Shown here: positions 1 to 12,397 of the stretch, in pieces
Layout: each line of letters opens with the position of its first letter
Numbering within the stretch: the first letter of the stretch is position 1
Source of the DNA: Octopus sinensis
Lineage: Eukaryota
Reading direction: 5' to 3'
Length of the DNA: 42,445 nt
NCBI RefSeq assembly: GCF_006345805.1
Contig: NW_021835111.1
Coordinates: 1-42,445, forward strand
Notes under the pieces: generated by a model
What the model saw: only the letters and a program-made list of their open reading frames with translations
Databases searched by the model: none
What the model was told of the DNA's origin: nothing
Position numbers and translations under genes: made by a program

Positions 1-277
1 TGTGCAAAAATGTAGGTGACTAGCAGAAAGGACAAAGCAAACCCTTCCTGTTTTACAAGAACTATGAAACTATATCACCGTCCGAAATCGAGCTACAGCC
101 AACCAATAAGTATGTATATGTGTATTCTTTACTTCTTTCTTTTTTCTCAGACATTGGACGGCGGCCATCTTGGGATACCGTTTTGAATATTTTAGTCCAT
201 CTAATTGATTTCACTTCTTAGACTACACACACACATATATATATATATACACGCATGCATACATACATGTATATATA

Positions 278-386
278 GGCGTAGGAGTGGCTGTGTGGTA
301 AGCAGCTTGCTTACGAATCACATGGTTCCGGGTTCAATCCTACTGCGTATCACCTTGGGCAAATGTCTTTGGGCCGACCAAAGCCT
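278..386 (+). mobile_element. Family A tRNA-derived SINE, head only (3'-truncated)
   Basis: ggcgtaggagtggctgtgtggtaag...ggttccgggttcaatcc...caccttgggcaa matches the intact copies at 5679-6089 and 30691-31108; A/B-box-like motifs and a CORE-like ccttgggcaag motif. Confidence 0.85.
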
Positions 387-593
387 CCATGCTTGTACTT
401 ATTTTAAGGGTCGATTTCTGGCGAACTGTTATCTTAAGGGAAAGGCAGAGAATGATACAACGATTCTAGAGATAATTACGTGCACCAAAAACGCAGGCAC
501 CAACACATGTCCATATAAATACATACATACATCATACATACGTACGTACGTACGTACACACGCGCGTGTGGTTGTGTGTATGTGCATGTGTGT

Positions 594-712
594 GAGAACG
601 CATAGCCTTGTGGTTAGGGTGTTGCCCCACCAGATTGTGATTTCAATTCTTAGACCCGGTAGTGCGTTGTGTTCATCAGCAAAACACTTCATATCAGATT
701 ACTCTGCGGCTA
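594..712 (+). mobile_element. Degraded family B SINE head
   Basis: Loose match to 15554 and 40263 copies (gtggttagggtg...gcgttgtgttc...agcaaaacactt). Confidence 0.45.
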
Positions 713-752
713 CATGGACACCTGATGCGTGATACACCGCGCATCTTTTCAG

Positions 753-836
753 ACAACGTCTATTTGATGGAGGGAGTTAGACATGGTCTATTTGATGGAG
801 GGAGTTAGACAACGTCTATTTGATGGAGGGAGTTAG
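753..836. repeat. Three tandem copies of a 28-bp unit
   Basis: acaacgtctatttgatggagggagttag at 753-780 and 809-836; the middle copy 781-808 differs only in its first bases (acatgg). Confidence 0.95.
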
Positions 837-984
837 CCAACGTGCGCCACAAACATTCGATCACTATAAACAAATCATCTGTGCAGGTCGTTCGGCAAAA
901 GTTAAACACTCACACGTGGGCTTCGACGGGAGAATCCATCATACATATGATATATACATAAACATATATATAAGTACGAGCAAA

Positions 985-1090
985 ACGTCCCCCGTCCAAT
1001 AGACGGTGCTGAGTTGTCAAACATTTAAACCAAATTTTCTCAAAACAACTTATCCAACCGTCCCATAGGCCTCCCCTTTGAGAAACACTG
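985..1090. mobile_element. Possible hAT-like DNA transposon end
   Basis: Ends in ...cccctttgagaaacactg (reverse complement cagtgtttctcaaa, resembling hAT/Charlie termini); contains an inverted relative of the 28-bp unit. No partner TIR found. Confidence 0.35.
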
Positions 1091-1339
1091 ATTTAACCTA
1101 AATTTGAGACACCAGCAAAAGAAGAAATAAAGATATACTTTTTTCTATTCCAAAGAAAAACCATTTTATTCACACGAATATGCAACCGAAGAGTTTAAAG
1201 TACCAGTAATGATAAGGCTGTTGACTGGGAGAACACAAACATGGTTCAAACAGAAAGCTTGGCAGGAAAGAAACGTGCCTTTAAGCAGTACAAAAGCAAC
1301 AAAAAATGGAAGGTGCAGTTATGTACAAGTTGACGGAAG

Positions 1340-1489
1340 AAAAGCAGGACAAAAACGGCTTTATCGATGGCATTCTCACTTGGAATCGATTTTTGTAATT
1401 TTTTCAAGGCTTATAGACGCCCTGATACCGTCGGTATCTACATATCAAATTTGAGCGCAATCGGATGGAGGATGCCCGAGATCCGAGAA

Positions 1490-1530
<41 letters not shown>

Positions 1531-1558
1531 ACAGTCAGAACGGATTTTATATAAGAGA
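1340..1558 (-). mobile_element. Helitron-like non-autonomous element, 5' part
   Basis: Ends ...cggattttatataagaga|t like the 22421-22787 element (minus-strand a|TC start), with (AC)n and a caaatttgagcgcaatcgg block resembling caagtttcatcagaatcgg of that element. No CTAG end seen. Confidence 0.5.
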
Positions 1559-1890
1559 TATACACATGTATGCATGCATGCGTGTATATATATGTGTGTG
1601 TGTTTGTATGTGTGTATGTATGTATTATATGTTTATGTGTGTGTGTATATATATATGTGTGTGTGTGTACAGAAAAAGAATTTAATACACATAATTATAT
1701 CCGTATAATGTGAAGTACTGCGGCAATGAAGAGTGGCGAGACAGATGGCTTCTTGTTAGGTGTGGTGCAGAGATTGTCGACTGGAAGGGTGCAATGCTGG
1801 TTGGAATGAGATCTAATACAGGAGGTGGGGGAATATATATATATGTAATAATTTGGAAGGTTCCTCTTCACCGGAGGCTCTAAGCGTACA

Positions 1891-1894
1891 TTGT

Positions 1895-1946
<52 letters not shown>

Positions 1947-2000
1947 GCGTGTGTGTGTGCATATATATATGTATATATTGTATGTGTATATGTATATATC

Positions 2001-2058
<58 letters not shown>

Positions 2059-2345
2059 TATAATATATATATACATATATATATATGTATGTATTATATA
2101 TATAGTATTAATATATATATATATATATATACACGTACACATATATATATATGTGTTTATATGCATATAAATATATTTTATTTGCGTGTATATATATATA
2201 TATATATATATACATATGTACAAGGATATACACGTATATGTGTATATAAACATATACATACATACATACATACATACATACATACATACATACATACATA
2301 CATACATACATACATACATACATACATGCATACATACATACATAT
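1891..2345. repeat. Compound (TA)n/(CATA)n microsatellite
   Basis: Directly visible. Confidence 0.97.
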
Positions 2346-2954
2346 ACTGACGCAGTGAGGGTGAAATATGAAGAAAGAAAAAAACCCTCAGAGACTATGA
2401 AAAGCGTTAGGGGTTTTACCAATAACTCTTGGGAGACATGACTAATTTAGCAAGGCGACATCTCGTCTCTTGATCAGCAATGTGTATATGTGTCTGTATG
2501 TGTGTGAATGGTGGGGTTTAAAAACAGCATTTCTTTGAAAAATGTTACAGTAAAGACATCATTTTATTGTTGTTTGATACTATTTAAGATTTTCCATATT
2601 TCTTTATTAGACTTTCAGGTTTTCTTTGGTAATACGGCGTTCCAAATTCCATTACAAGTTACGTCTTTTCAATGATAATTCTGTTTATATCTTAAACATT
2701 GCTTCATATATCGTCAGGATAAAATAATGAAAATAACGCATTGCTACCTGGCTTCATAATAGGCAGCAAAAGATCATTGGAATATCATTTCAAAAGGATA
2801 CAATCATCAACGCTAGATTTGAAATTGTTTTGAAGTTAATCGTTAGGCTACCTTCATAGTATATTTCAATTGTTTTGTATTTTGATGTATTCGCTATGGC
2901 GGATAGATCTTTGGAATCTCTGTACTAAGCTGCACAGTTAATGCCTGAAACCTA

Positions 2955-3080
2955 CACAACCACAGGGTTCTGGGTTCAGTCTCACTGCATGGCATCTTGG
3001 ACAAGTGTCTTCTGCTATAGCCTTGAGCTGACCAAAGACTTGCTAGTGGATTTGGTTGACGGAAACTGAAAGACCGCTAT
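2955..3080 (+). mobile_element. Degraded family A SINE fragment
   Basis: gggttcagtctcactgcatggcatcttggacaagtgtcttctgctatagcc...gacggaaactgaaaga matches family A. Confidence 0.8.
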
Positions 3081-3096
3081 GTGTGTATACACACAT

Positions 3097-3187
3097 CTCC
3101 TTCTTCCCTTCTTTCCTGAGCGTCCAATAATACTTTATTTGTTCCACGTCCTCGCGTTGTTGTTTTTTTGTTTTCTTGTTTGGATTA

Positions 3188-3195
<8 letters not shown>
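3097..3195 (+). mobile_element. Tail of the hammerhead mini-element (subfamily of 10255-10430), ribozyme core absent
   Basis: ttcccttctttcctgagcgtccaataatacttt...ttggattaacttta matches the reverse complement of 10255-10360. Confidence 0.8.
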
Positions 3196-3224
<29 letters not shown>

Positions 3225-3659
3225 CGCCCTCGAGTATAATACACAGGAGATTTTTAGGGGGCTGTACCTCTGAAAAACCTAAAATGTGTGTATAATACGC
3301 ACCCCTTCTCTAACATGAGTCAAGGAGGGCTATATAACGTCCTTGGTTTGTAAAAATGTATATGCTAACGTATTTTATTATTATTGTATATATAACATAA
3401 TGCAAACATGTAGAATTTTGGTGCATTTTGTTTGCAGTTACTTACCGCAAAGCCATGTTCTTCCTCAAACTTACATTCTATTCTTTGTTTTTTCTGCAAG
3501 TTATATTTTAGTGTGAGTCCCTTCAGCCTTCCTTGAAGGGAAGCTGTTCTATTCGATTTTTGTATATTCTTTTCAAAATTTCAAATCCCATTCATGATAC
3601 AGATGTTTTCTCAATATTATAGAAGAATGAGATGACATGAGGAAGTAAAACTCAGAATG

Positions 3660-5175
<1,516 letters not shown>

Positions 5176-5319
5176 AGTAAGGAATTGTATCAGTTCCTCT
5201 GATCCACTCTCCGTTTCGGATGAATATATATTGCTTAATTAGTGACGAGCTCAAATGAAAAACAAGAATATGCACGCCAAGCTACACACGATAGTGCTAA
5301 ATTAATTTAAGAGTGCTTT

Positions 5320-5560
5320 CTACGACAGCTGAATATTCTGCACATATTGATTCAGGAAAGAAACAGGATGTGACTTCTCTGATGAGTGGTTTAAACGTAT
5401 AAAACTGTCTGTCAAGAGACTCTTTCTCCACGCATCAAAAGCGTCAAATCTCCTGCGAGTTAACATGGGATCCCTTGACAACAACGTGATCTTCATTTGA
5501 TTGATTAAGGTATCTTTGGTCCGACGATTAGCTAGCAGATTACCCTTCCGTTGGATAATC
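5320..5560 (-). mobile_element. Possible highly degraded RTE/BovB-type ORF fragment
   Basis: Translation TRRRFDAFDAWRKSLL...HPVSFLNQYVQNIQLS resembles the RRRIDAFELWCWRRLL region of RTE proteins; weak. Confidence 0.4.
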
Positions 5561-5678
5561 ACTACTGAGGTTCTGCTAGCTATGAAACATACGTCGCCTG
5601 GATTTTATCTCCTCTGTTCCCTCGTTTTGTATATATTCTTGAGCATAAAAATTTCCTTTCCCGAGTGACGATAACTTA

Positions 5679-6089
5679 TACTCTTTTACACTTACTCTCT
5701 TTTACTTGTTTCAGTCATTTGACTGCGGCCATGCTGGAGCACCGCCTTTAGTCGAGCAAATCGACCCCGGGACTTATTCTTTGTAAGCCCAGTACTTATT
5801 CTATCGATCTCTTTTGCCGAACCGCTAAGTGACGGGGACGTAAACACACCAGCATCGGTTGAGGGACAAACACAGACACACGAACACACACACATACACA
5901 CACACATATATATATACATATATACTACAGGCTTCTTTCAGTTTCCGTTTACTAAATCCACTCACAAGGCTTTGGTCGACCCGAGGCTTATAGCAGAAGA
6001 CACTTGCCCAAGATGCCACGCAGTGGGACTGAACCCGGAACCATGTGGTTGGTTAGCAAGCTACTTACCACAACAGCCACTCCTGCGCC
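5679..6089 (-). mobile_element. Family A SINE, full bipartite copy (tRNA head + internal TA/TG microsatellite + 3' module)
   Basis: Head 5925-6089, microsatellite ~5875-5924, 3' module ending cagtcaaatgactgaaacaagtaaaagag; same layout as 30691-31108. Confidence 0.9.
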
Positions 6090-7022
6090 TAGCCACTTCT
6101 GCGCCAGATTGTTATATGTCAGATTGTTGCACAAGTTCTAGCTGTTTCGATAAGGGAAATCGGAAAGGTTTGAAATGATTTCATCAGCATTTACTTGTAC
6201 CAAAATGCACTCTTTCGATAGACAACACGTTGATCTTAAGTGTCGCGTGGTGGAAATAAACGCAATTTCCAAACTTTCAATTCATTATTTCGTTTTTTGG
6301 GTTTTTTTTCTTTTTTTCCATTTCATTTTGTACATCTGTACTCCCGACAGCATACACACGCATATGTAAAACGACGTCCTTTAAATTTTAATCATTATCT
6401 GATGATATCAAAGTAAGTAGTATATTGAAAAATAAAAATATTTTCGGGGCATTTGTGACTGCAAGATGGCCAAAATGAGTTGGGAATTTTTGACGTAGAT
6501 AATATTCAAAGCACCAATCTGGCTCTACCAGCTTGTTTCACTTAACGGCTTGACAGTTATTCCTAAGTGTCATATCTAGCAAGTTTAAATTTACTGAATC
6601 GATATAGAAAAATAGTTTTGTTCAACCTAACTGAAGAAATTGGCTGACTCTAAACTTGACTAGATATCACAGAGCACAAAAATAGCATAATCTTGTCCTT
6701 AAATCTTTAGGTAAATATATTCAATGAGAATATTATATACTGAATTTATATTGTATAAATTGTATAAAAATATTAATACTATTAAAGTATTTATACTATT
6801 AAAGTATTTATATATTTAATATTTAATACGAGCGATATATACATATATTTTTTACTAATATATTATTATTATTAATATAAGGAAATTAATATCCAAACTC
6901 ATCATAAAGATATACCCGTGTGAAAGAACTTATTGTATTAAAAATATATATAAATAAATAAATATAAATATATAAATATAATGTATAAAATAAATTTGAT
7001 AGTTTAAAAGTTTTGAATTAAT

Positions 7023-7129
7023 TATTTTAGCCTCTTACGATCGTTTCGCAGAAGAGTTGTCCCTATAATGAAATCCTATACTGATAAGCATTTATAGACA
7101 GCTCTTCTGCTCTTCAGAGATATAAAATA
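7023..7129 (-). ncRNA. Type I hammerhead ribozyme candidate, intact core, long stem II
   Basis: Minus strand: UCU-CUGAAGA-GCAGAAGAG...CUCUUCUGC-GAA-ACGAUCGU-A-AGA. 9-bp perfect stem II base, palindromic stem III, GUA triplet, stem I 3 bp + 2x3 internal loop + 7 bp (UAUUUUA/UAAAAUA). Confidence 0.85.
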
Positions 7130-7289
7130 TGAATATTGTATAATGCATCGAATGATAATTTTTTTTAAATTTGAAGTAAAATTGTAAAATGGTGTTTGTT
7201 TGAAATATAAATTAAAAATTAAAAATTACTACTTTTGATGAGAGTCTTTAAATCCAGATATATTTCTTTGGTTATTCTACTGCAATAAT

Positions 7290-7400
7290 CTTGGCCATGA
7301 AGTTTTCAAGAGGTTATTCTATTTACAAAAGTTATACAAGAAGAGCTTCTGTCATAGAGATACTATTTCCTTTAGTAGCACAAATCCCCAAAAATAAAAA
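7290..7400 (-). mobile_element. Possible Penelope-like GIY-YIG C-terminal remnant
   Basis: FLFLGICATKGNSISMTEALLV*LL*IE*PLEN resembles the PLE C-terminal L.I.EALLI...P.LN pattern, and lies ~160-270 nt upstream of the hammerhead on the same strand. Confidence 0.45.
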
Positions 7401-7401
7401 T

Positions 7402-7486
7402 GTCAATCTGAAAGAAGCGGCCCAGAATAGAACTGACTGGAGGACACTGATCCAACGAGTGACCGAGAGTCGACTTCGACTGAGCG

Positions 7487-7571
<85 letters not shown>
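7402..7571 (+). mobile_element. RTE/BovB-type LINE 3' end with (GATA)n tail
   Basis: NLKEAAQNRTDWRTLIQRVTESRLRLSG* (stop 7489-7491) resembles RTE C-termini (WR...V..SRTRL), running straight into (GATA)n. Confidence 0.8.
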
Positions 7572-7863
7572 TGTGATTTCATCTACACAACTTACAATCG
7601 TTGCTATGTGCTCAATATGACTTACATCCGATGTGTAGTCCAGAAAAAATACATAATATTTCACAAAGTTTTTACATATGTGATGGTTGTCTACTCCTTA
7701 TGCAGTGTCTGACCACCTCCTGTACCTACACCTTAGAACCATCGTGGTGTCGGATGTGGCTTTTTAAACCAATTTTTATTAATAAAAAACACACAGAGAT
7801 TGCATATCCGTGAATATATATATATACATATATATATGCATATTTATATATAAATGCATACTC

Positions 7864-7979
<116 letters not shown>

Positions 7980-8150
7980 GGAGAATTCACGAAAAAAAAA
8001 CAAAAGACGAAGACAGGTGGGGTAGAAAACAAAAAGATGTATTAATATAACGCTCGGGAATTGAAAAAGTCTTTAACGTTTCGAGCCTACGCTCTTCCAC
8101 AGAAAGGAACACAGAAAGAAACAAGGAAAGAAAAATATGCGTGTAGCGGC
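7980..8150 (-). mobile_element. Hammerhead-bearing mini-element (PLE pseudo-LTR-like), copy 1
   Basis: Homologous to 12398-12582 and 39258-39445; flanked by (GATA)n and (TA)n. Confidence 0.8.
8071..8106 (-). ncRNA. Minimal hammerhead-like motif, variant core
   Basis: CUUU-CUGUGGA-A-GAGC(GUAG)GCUC-GAA-ACGU-U-AAAG; A6 replaced by U. Confidence 0.65.
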
Positions 8151-8161
8151 TTGATAAATAG

Positions 8162-8226
<65 letters not shown>

Positions 8227-8239
8227 ATATATATTATAT

Positions 8240-8283
<44 letters not shown>

Positions 8284-8292
8284 TAGATAGAT

Positions 8293-8328
<36 letters not shown>

Positions 8329-8810
8329 TAATTATAATGTATTAATTTTGCATGACATGTCAAATTTACCAAAGACCATGCCTAACTGGAATACGCCCAC
8401 CAACGAATCAGTTGGAGGCGGAGCCGGGTGGGCTCAGTTATTTTTAATGAAAACAATATTATTGTTTTGACATGCTGGATTCCAGTCGTAAATGAGTGTA
8501 CGAAACAACGAAGCTTTATTCTATGGCATTGCAAAATATGGCTGCATTTACATTGAATTTTGCTATTGAAATAATATGCTATGTAATAAATGTACGTGTC
8601 TCGTCATAGCAATTTTAATCAATATGATTCAGAATGATAAAAACATTGATTGATTATTTATAAAAATCGATTACTAAACTAAGAACAAGGTCAGACAATT
8701 GTAACAGGAGAAAACCGATTACATTGATTCCAGTATTTATCTGGTACCATGTTTTGTTATGTTTCTACTAATTCTGCCGTACGCCGCTACAATGCTATTG
8801 ATTAATAAAA

Positions 8811-8946
8811 CTGAGTTCAAATGGAGTCGACTTTGCTTTTCATCCCTTCGGGATCGATAAAATGACTACCAGTTGAGCACTGGGGTCGATCTAATCGATG
8901 TAGCCCTTTCTCCAAAATAGCTGGTCTTGTACCGAAATTTGAAACT
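8811..8946 (+). mobile_element. Family C SINE, partial, with tail type 2
   Basis: ctgagttcaaat...gtcgactttgcttttcatcccttcgggatcgataaaat...ctggggtcgat...aaatttgaaac. Confidence 0.8.
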
Positions 8947-9133
8947 GATATTGATAAGTAAAACTCGCACAGGGCTCTAAAGCTCAAGTCGATTATATCG
9001 ATCGCCAGTATTTGATAGATATGTGCTATCGACTCAGGTAGGATGATAGGTAACATCGCCTCTGACAGGATTTGAACATCATAAAATCAACAGTAACTAA
9101 TGACAAAAGTAATGTTATTTTCATTCTTGAAAA

Positions 9134-9534
9134 TCTTTATATATAAAAGTGAAGTTGTGTGTCTGTCTCCTACGATTTAGATTCCCAACTACTCACACAT
9201 TTTGCTGTACAGTTTAACCAAAACCGGGTATCTTATAGTCGTGATTCATATCGAGCCCTTCTGGGTATTAGCGCGCGTCTACGATGAGTCTACGATTTTT
9301 AAAAAAATTTACCATCATTTTTTCCCATTTGTAATGAATTTTTCTGCTATTATATAAGGGAAGTAACTCTCTAAAAATGTATTATTAAATCTCAGAACGT
9401 AAAAAGGCTACAGTAACACTCCCCCTTTCTTTGTGGTTAGCCATATTGAGATGGTTATTATACTTTACATCTCTAAAAATGCTTATATAGTTATTTCCCT
9501 TACAAACCCGAGCAACGCCGGGCGATACTGCTAG
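9134..9534 (+). mobile_element. Non-autonomous Helitron
   Basis: A|TCtttatatataaaa start, 3' hairpin cccg-agcaacgc-cggg (9507-9522), CTAG|T end, no TSD. Confidence 0.88.
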
Positions 9535-9649
9535 TGTAATATATTGCATCAATCTCATTTTAACTATATTGCTAATAACAACCACATATAAAACGAAACA
9601 GCTAGCGAATAAAGGGTTGCTCTACGCTGTTCTATTGTTTTGTTATTTT

Positions 9650-9880
9650 CTTTTATCTTTTTTATCTTTTTTACTTGTTTCAGTCATTTGACTGCGGCCA
9701 TACTGGGGTGCCGTTTTGAAAGGTTATAGCCGAACAAATCGACATCAGAACTGATTTCTTAAGCCTAGTACTTACTCTCTCGGTATGTTTTTGCCGAACA
9801 GCTAAGTTATAAACATATAAACCCACCAACACCAGTTGTCAAGCGATGGTGCGAGGACAAACACAGACACAAAGACACAC
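9650..9880 (-). mobile_element. Family A SINE 3' module only
   Basis: ttacttgtttcagtcatttgactgcggccat...ggacaaacacagacac. Confidence 0.85.
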
Positions 9881-9901
9881 ACATAGATATATACATACGT
9901 G

Positions 9902-9932
<31 letters not shown>

Positions 9933-10057
9933 CAAAGACACACACATAGATATATACATACGTATATATATATACATATATTGATAGAAATGGTAAGACA
10001 ACAAAAGAATGAAAGAGACCTCGATATTATGTAAATAGAGGAATTTATCTGTAAGTT

Positions 10058-10203
10058 CTATGAAAATGACCGTTAAACAAAGGGAAATTACTGTGTGATT
10101 GACCGTTATTAAGATACTTACTCCCTCCCCTCAGCGGTCATTCGAATAGCTTTTTTGCCTTAATAACGGTCAATTTCCTTTTCTTTAACGGTCATTTTCA
10201 TAG
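10058..10203. repeat. MITE-like inverted repeat with iterated TGACCGTTA motif
   Basis: ctatgaaaatgaccgttaaa (10058-) pairs with tttaacggtcattttcatag (-10203); inner tgaccgttattaag (10100-10113) pairs with cttaataacggtca (10159-10172). Confidence 0.85.
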
Positions 10204-10254
10204 CATTTTTTCGATGGCCGGATAACTGAAGAGAAGGCGACGTGGATTTATATA

Positions 10255-10430
10255 TATATATAAAGTTAATCCAAACAAGAAAACACAGAAAAAAACACAG
10301 CAACGCGAGGACGTGGAACAATTAAAGTATTATTTGACGCTCAGGAAAGAAGGGAAGGAGGGTTTAACGTTTCGAGCGGAGCTCTTCGTCGGAAACAAAG
10401 GAGAAGGAAAGATCCCGAGAAGGGAAGGCA
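10255..10430 (-). mobile_element. Hammerhead-bearing mini-element, second subfamily
   Basis: Shares the motif and the downstream cctgagcgt...aatac block with copies 1-3; (TA)n on both sides; tail repeated at 3097-3195. Confidence 0.75.
10362..10396 (-). ncRNA. Minimal hammerhead-like motif, near-consensus core
   Basis: GUUU-CCGACGA-A-GAGC(UCC)GCUC-GAA-ACGU-U-AAAC; only U4 differs from CUGANGA. Confidence 0.7.
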
Positions 10431-10442
10431 TATATATATATA

Positions 10443-10587
10443 TACGACGGATTTCTTTCAGTTACTGTCTACCAAATCCACTCGCAAATAGAAGAAACTT
10501 GACCAACGTACTACATTGTGTATGGAACTGAACCCAGAACCTTGGGGTTGGGGAGCAAGCTTCTTACCACGTAACCACGCCTGCACC
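10443..10587 (-). mobile_element. Family A SINE head, degraded with internal deletion
   Basis: tacgacggatttctttcagtt...ctaccaaatccactc...gaactgaacccagaacc...cttaccac. Confidence 0.8.
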
Positions 10588-11677
10588 CTTTTGTTCTTGT
10601 TAAAAAAAGTTTTATTTTTATTTTTTTTTTTTTTGCTTTTGCTTTGGCGAAAATTTGGGTTACGTCGCCGTTTTCTAGTAGCGACATCTGACACTCACAG
10701 TCAACGACTACAGAGCTATCATCAAGGTGGAATATAATATTATAACGACTTCCAATGCTCCCGCATCTCGATCCCTTTTTTCTTTTTTTCTTTTTGTTTT
10801 TTTTTGTTTTTTTTCGAAATATAAACAGCAAATAAAAAAAGATTAGAACAAACAAGTAAAATAAAATAGAGTAAGCAAGCAACTTGCACGTGTTCTGTCT
10901 AGAAGAATTTTTCAACCTTTGAAATGTTGCCGGAGTCGAGGAGAAGGGGGAAAGAAAAAAAACACACAGCAAAAACACAAACAAATGTTATTGCAACATT
11001 ATTTTATATGACGGTGAGAGTTACATACGTAATCATAGACATTCATACTTATCATGCATACACACGCAAACATAGACATATATTCACACACACACACACA
11101 TATATATACACATATATATACATATATATATATATACATATTTAAAACATTACGTATTATTGACTATATATATATATATATATATATATGAGTTTGTGGA
11201 GGTGTATTTAAACATACATTCAAACATACATGCATACGTACAAACATACATACATACATAGATGCAAGCGTACGAACATACGCTCGTACATACTCATAGT
11301 GAAGCTTACACATATGCGTACAGACAATCATTAGACATGTGTGTGTATGTGTTTGAGCGAGTGTGCGTGTGCGCGTGTGTGCGCGTATGCAAAAAGTTAA
11401 ACATGATCGTATACACACGCCTACATTGTATCTGATTACCTACCTTTGACGATAAATATACATACACATGTACGCATGCACACTCGTACCTCCATCCGTG
11501 CACACACATACTGATACGCGCGCATACATACTTACACACACGCACACATATATATACACACACACACATACACACACACACATACACACACACACATATA
11601 TATATATTATATATATATATATATAGTCGTAACAGAAAAGAGGAATTTCGGTTGTCCCCACGTGGTGACTTGTAATG

Positions 11678-11899
11678 TATATAAGAAATTAAAAAAGGAA
11701 AATACGCACACTTATATGGTTATAATATAATTTTTAATATATCGACCGGTTTCGCAATCAAATTCTTCTTACGGTAAAATATATATTCATATAAATTAAA
11801 CATTATATCATGAATAGCGATTGCGAAACCGGTCGATATATTAAAAATTATATTATAACCATGTAAGGGTGCGTATTTTCCTTTTTAATTTCTTATATA
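11678..11899. repeat. Foldback: ~82-bp inverted arms with 59-nt spacer
   Basis: 11678-11759 pairs with 11819-11899 with two mismatches and one 1-nt indel. Confidence 0.95.
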
Positions 11900-11919
11900 T
11901 ATAATTATTATTTGAGGGA

Positions 11920-11975
<56 letters not shown>

Positions 11976-11978
11976 CTG

Positions 11979-12170
11979 TATCATTTGACTGTCGTCAGGC
12001 AGGAGCACCGCCTTGAGAGGTTTTAGTCGAACAAATCGACCCCAGGATTTCTTTTTTTAAAGCATAGTATTTATTCTACCGATCTGTTTTGCTGAACTGC
12101 TAAGTGACGGGACGGAAATGCACCAAAACCGCTTGACAGGCGGTGATGAAGGGACAAACACACAGATACA
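11979..12170 (-). mobile_element. Family A SINE 3' module, diverged
   Basis: tcatttgactgtcgtcaggcaggagcaccgcc...aaatcgaccccagga...ggacaaacacacag. Confidence 0.8.
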
Positions 12171-12291
12171 CAGACACACGCACACACATGCACGCACATG
12201 CACGCACACACATATAACTTAGGCGTTGTGATCCAAGCTGAGTGTTGCTCTAAACAAATACCAATTGTTTGCTTGTACATTCTTTCTACAG

Positions 12292-12342
<51 letters not shown>

Positions 12343-12397
12343 TGTATGTTTGTATGTGTATGTATATATACATATATATGTGCATTCGCCATGATGG

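Noticed and set aside
16-180. Possible exon plus 41-nt intron, and a YY1-like gcggccatcttg motif
   Set aside because: Intron too short, peptide unrecognised, single motif at the window edge without promoter context.
753-836. CRISPR-like 28-bp repeats
   Set aside because: Units are directly adjacent with no spacers, no cas genes, eukaryotic context.
3225-3310. pogo/Tc2-like subterminal words (ctcgagtataatacac, gtgtataatacgcacccc)
   Set aside because: No TIR pair or coding remnant could be delimited.
6129-6200. Hammerhead-like arrangement on minus strand (CUGAUGA ... GAAAC, outer stem GUACAAGU/ACUUGUGC)
   Set aside because: Stem II does not pair and stem III/cleavage triplet are broken; at most a very old remnant.
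10640-10780. Protein-like stretch YNIIFHLDDSSVVVDC with a gtgagt donor on minus strand
   Set aside because: No usable acceptor (upstream is A-rich on that strand) and no recognisable homology.
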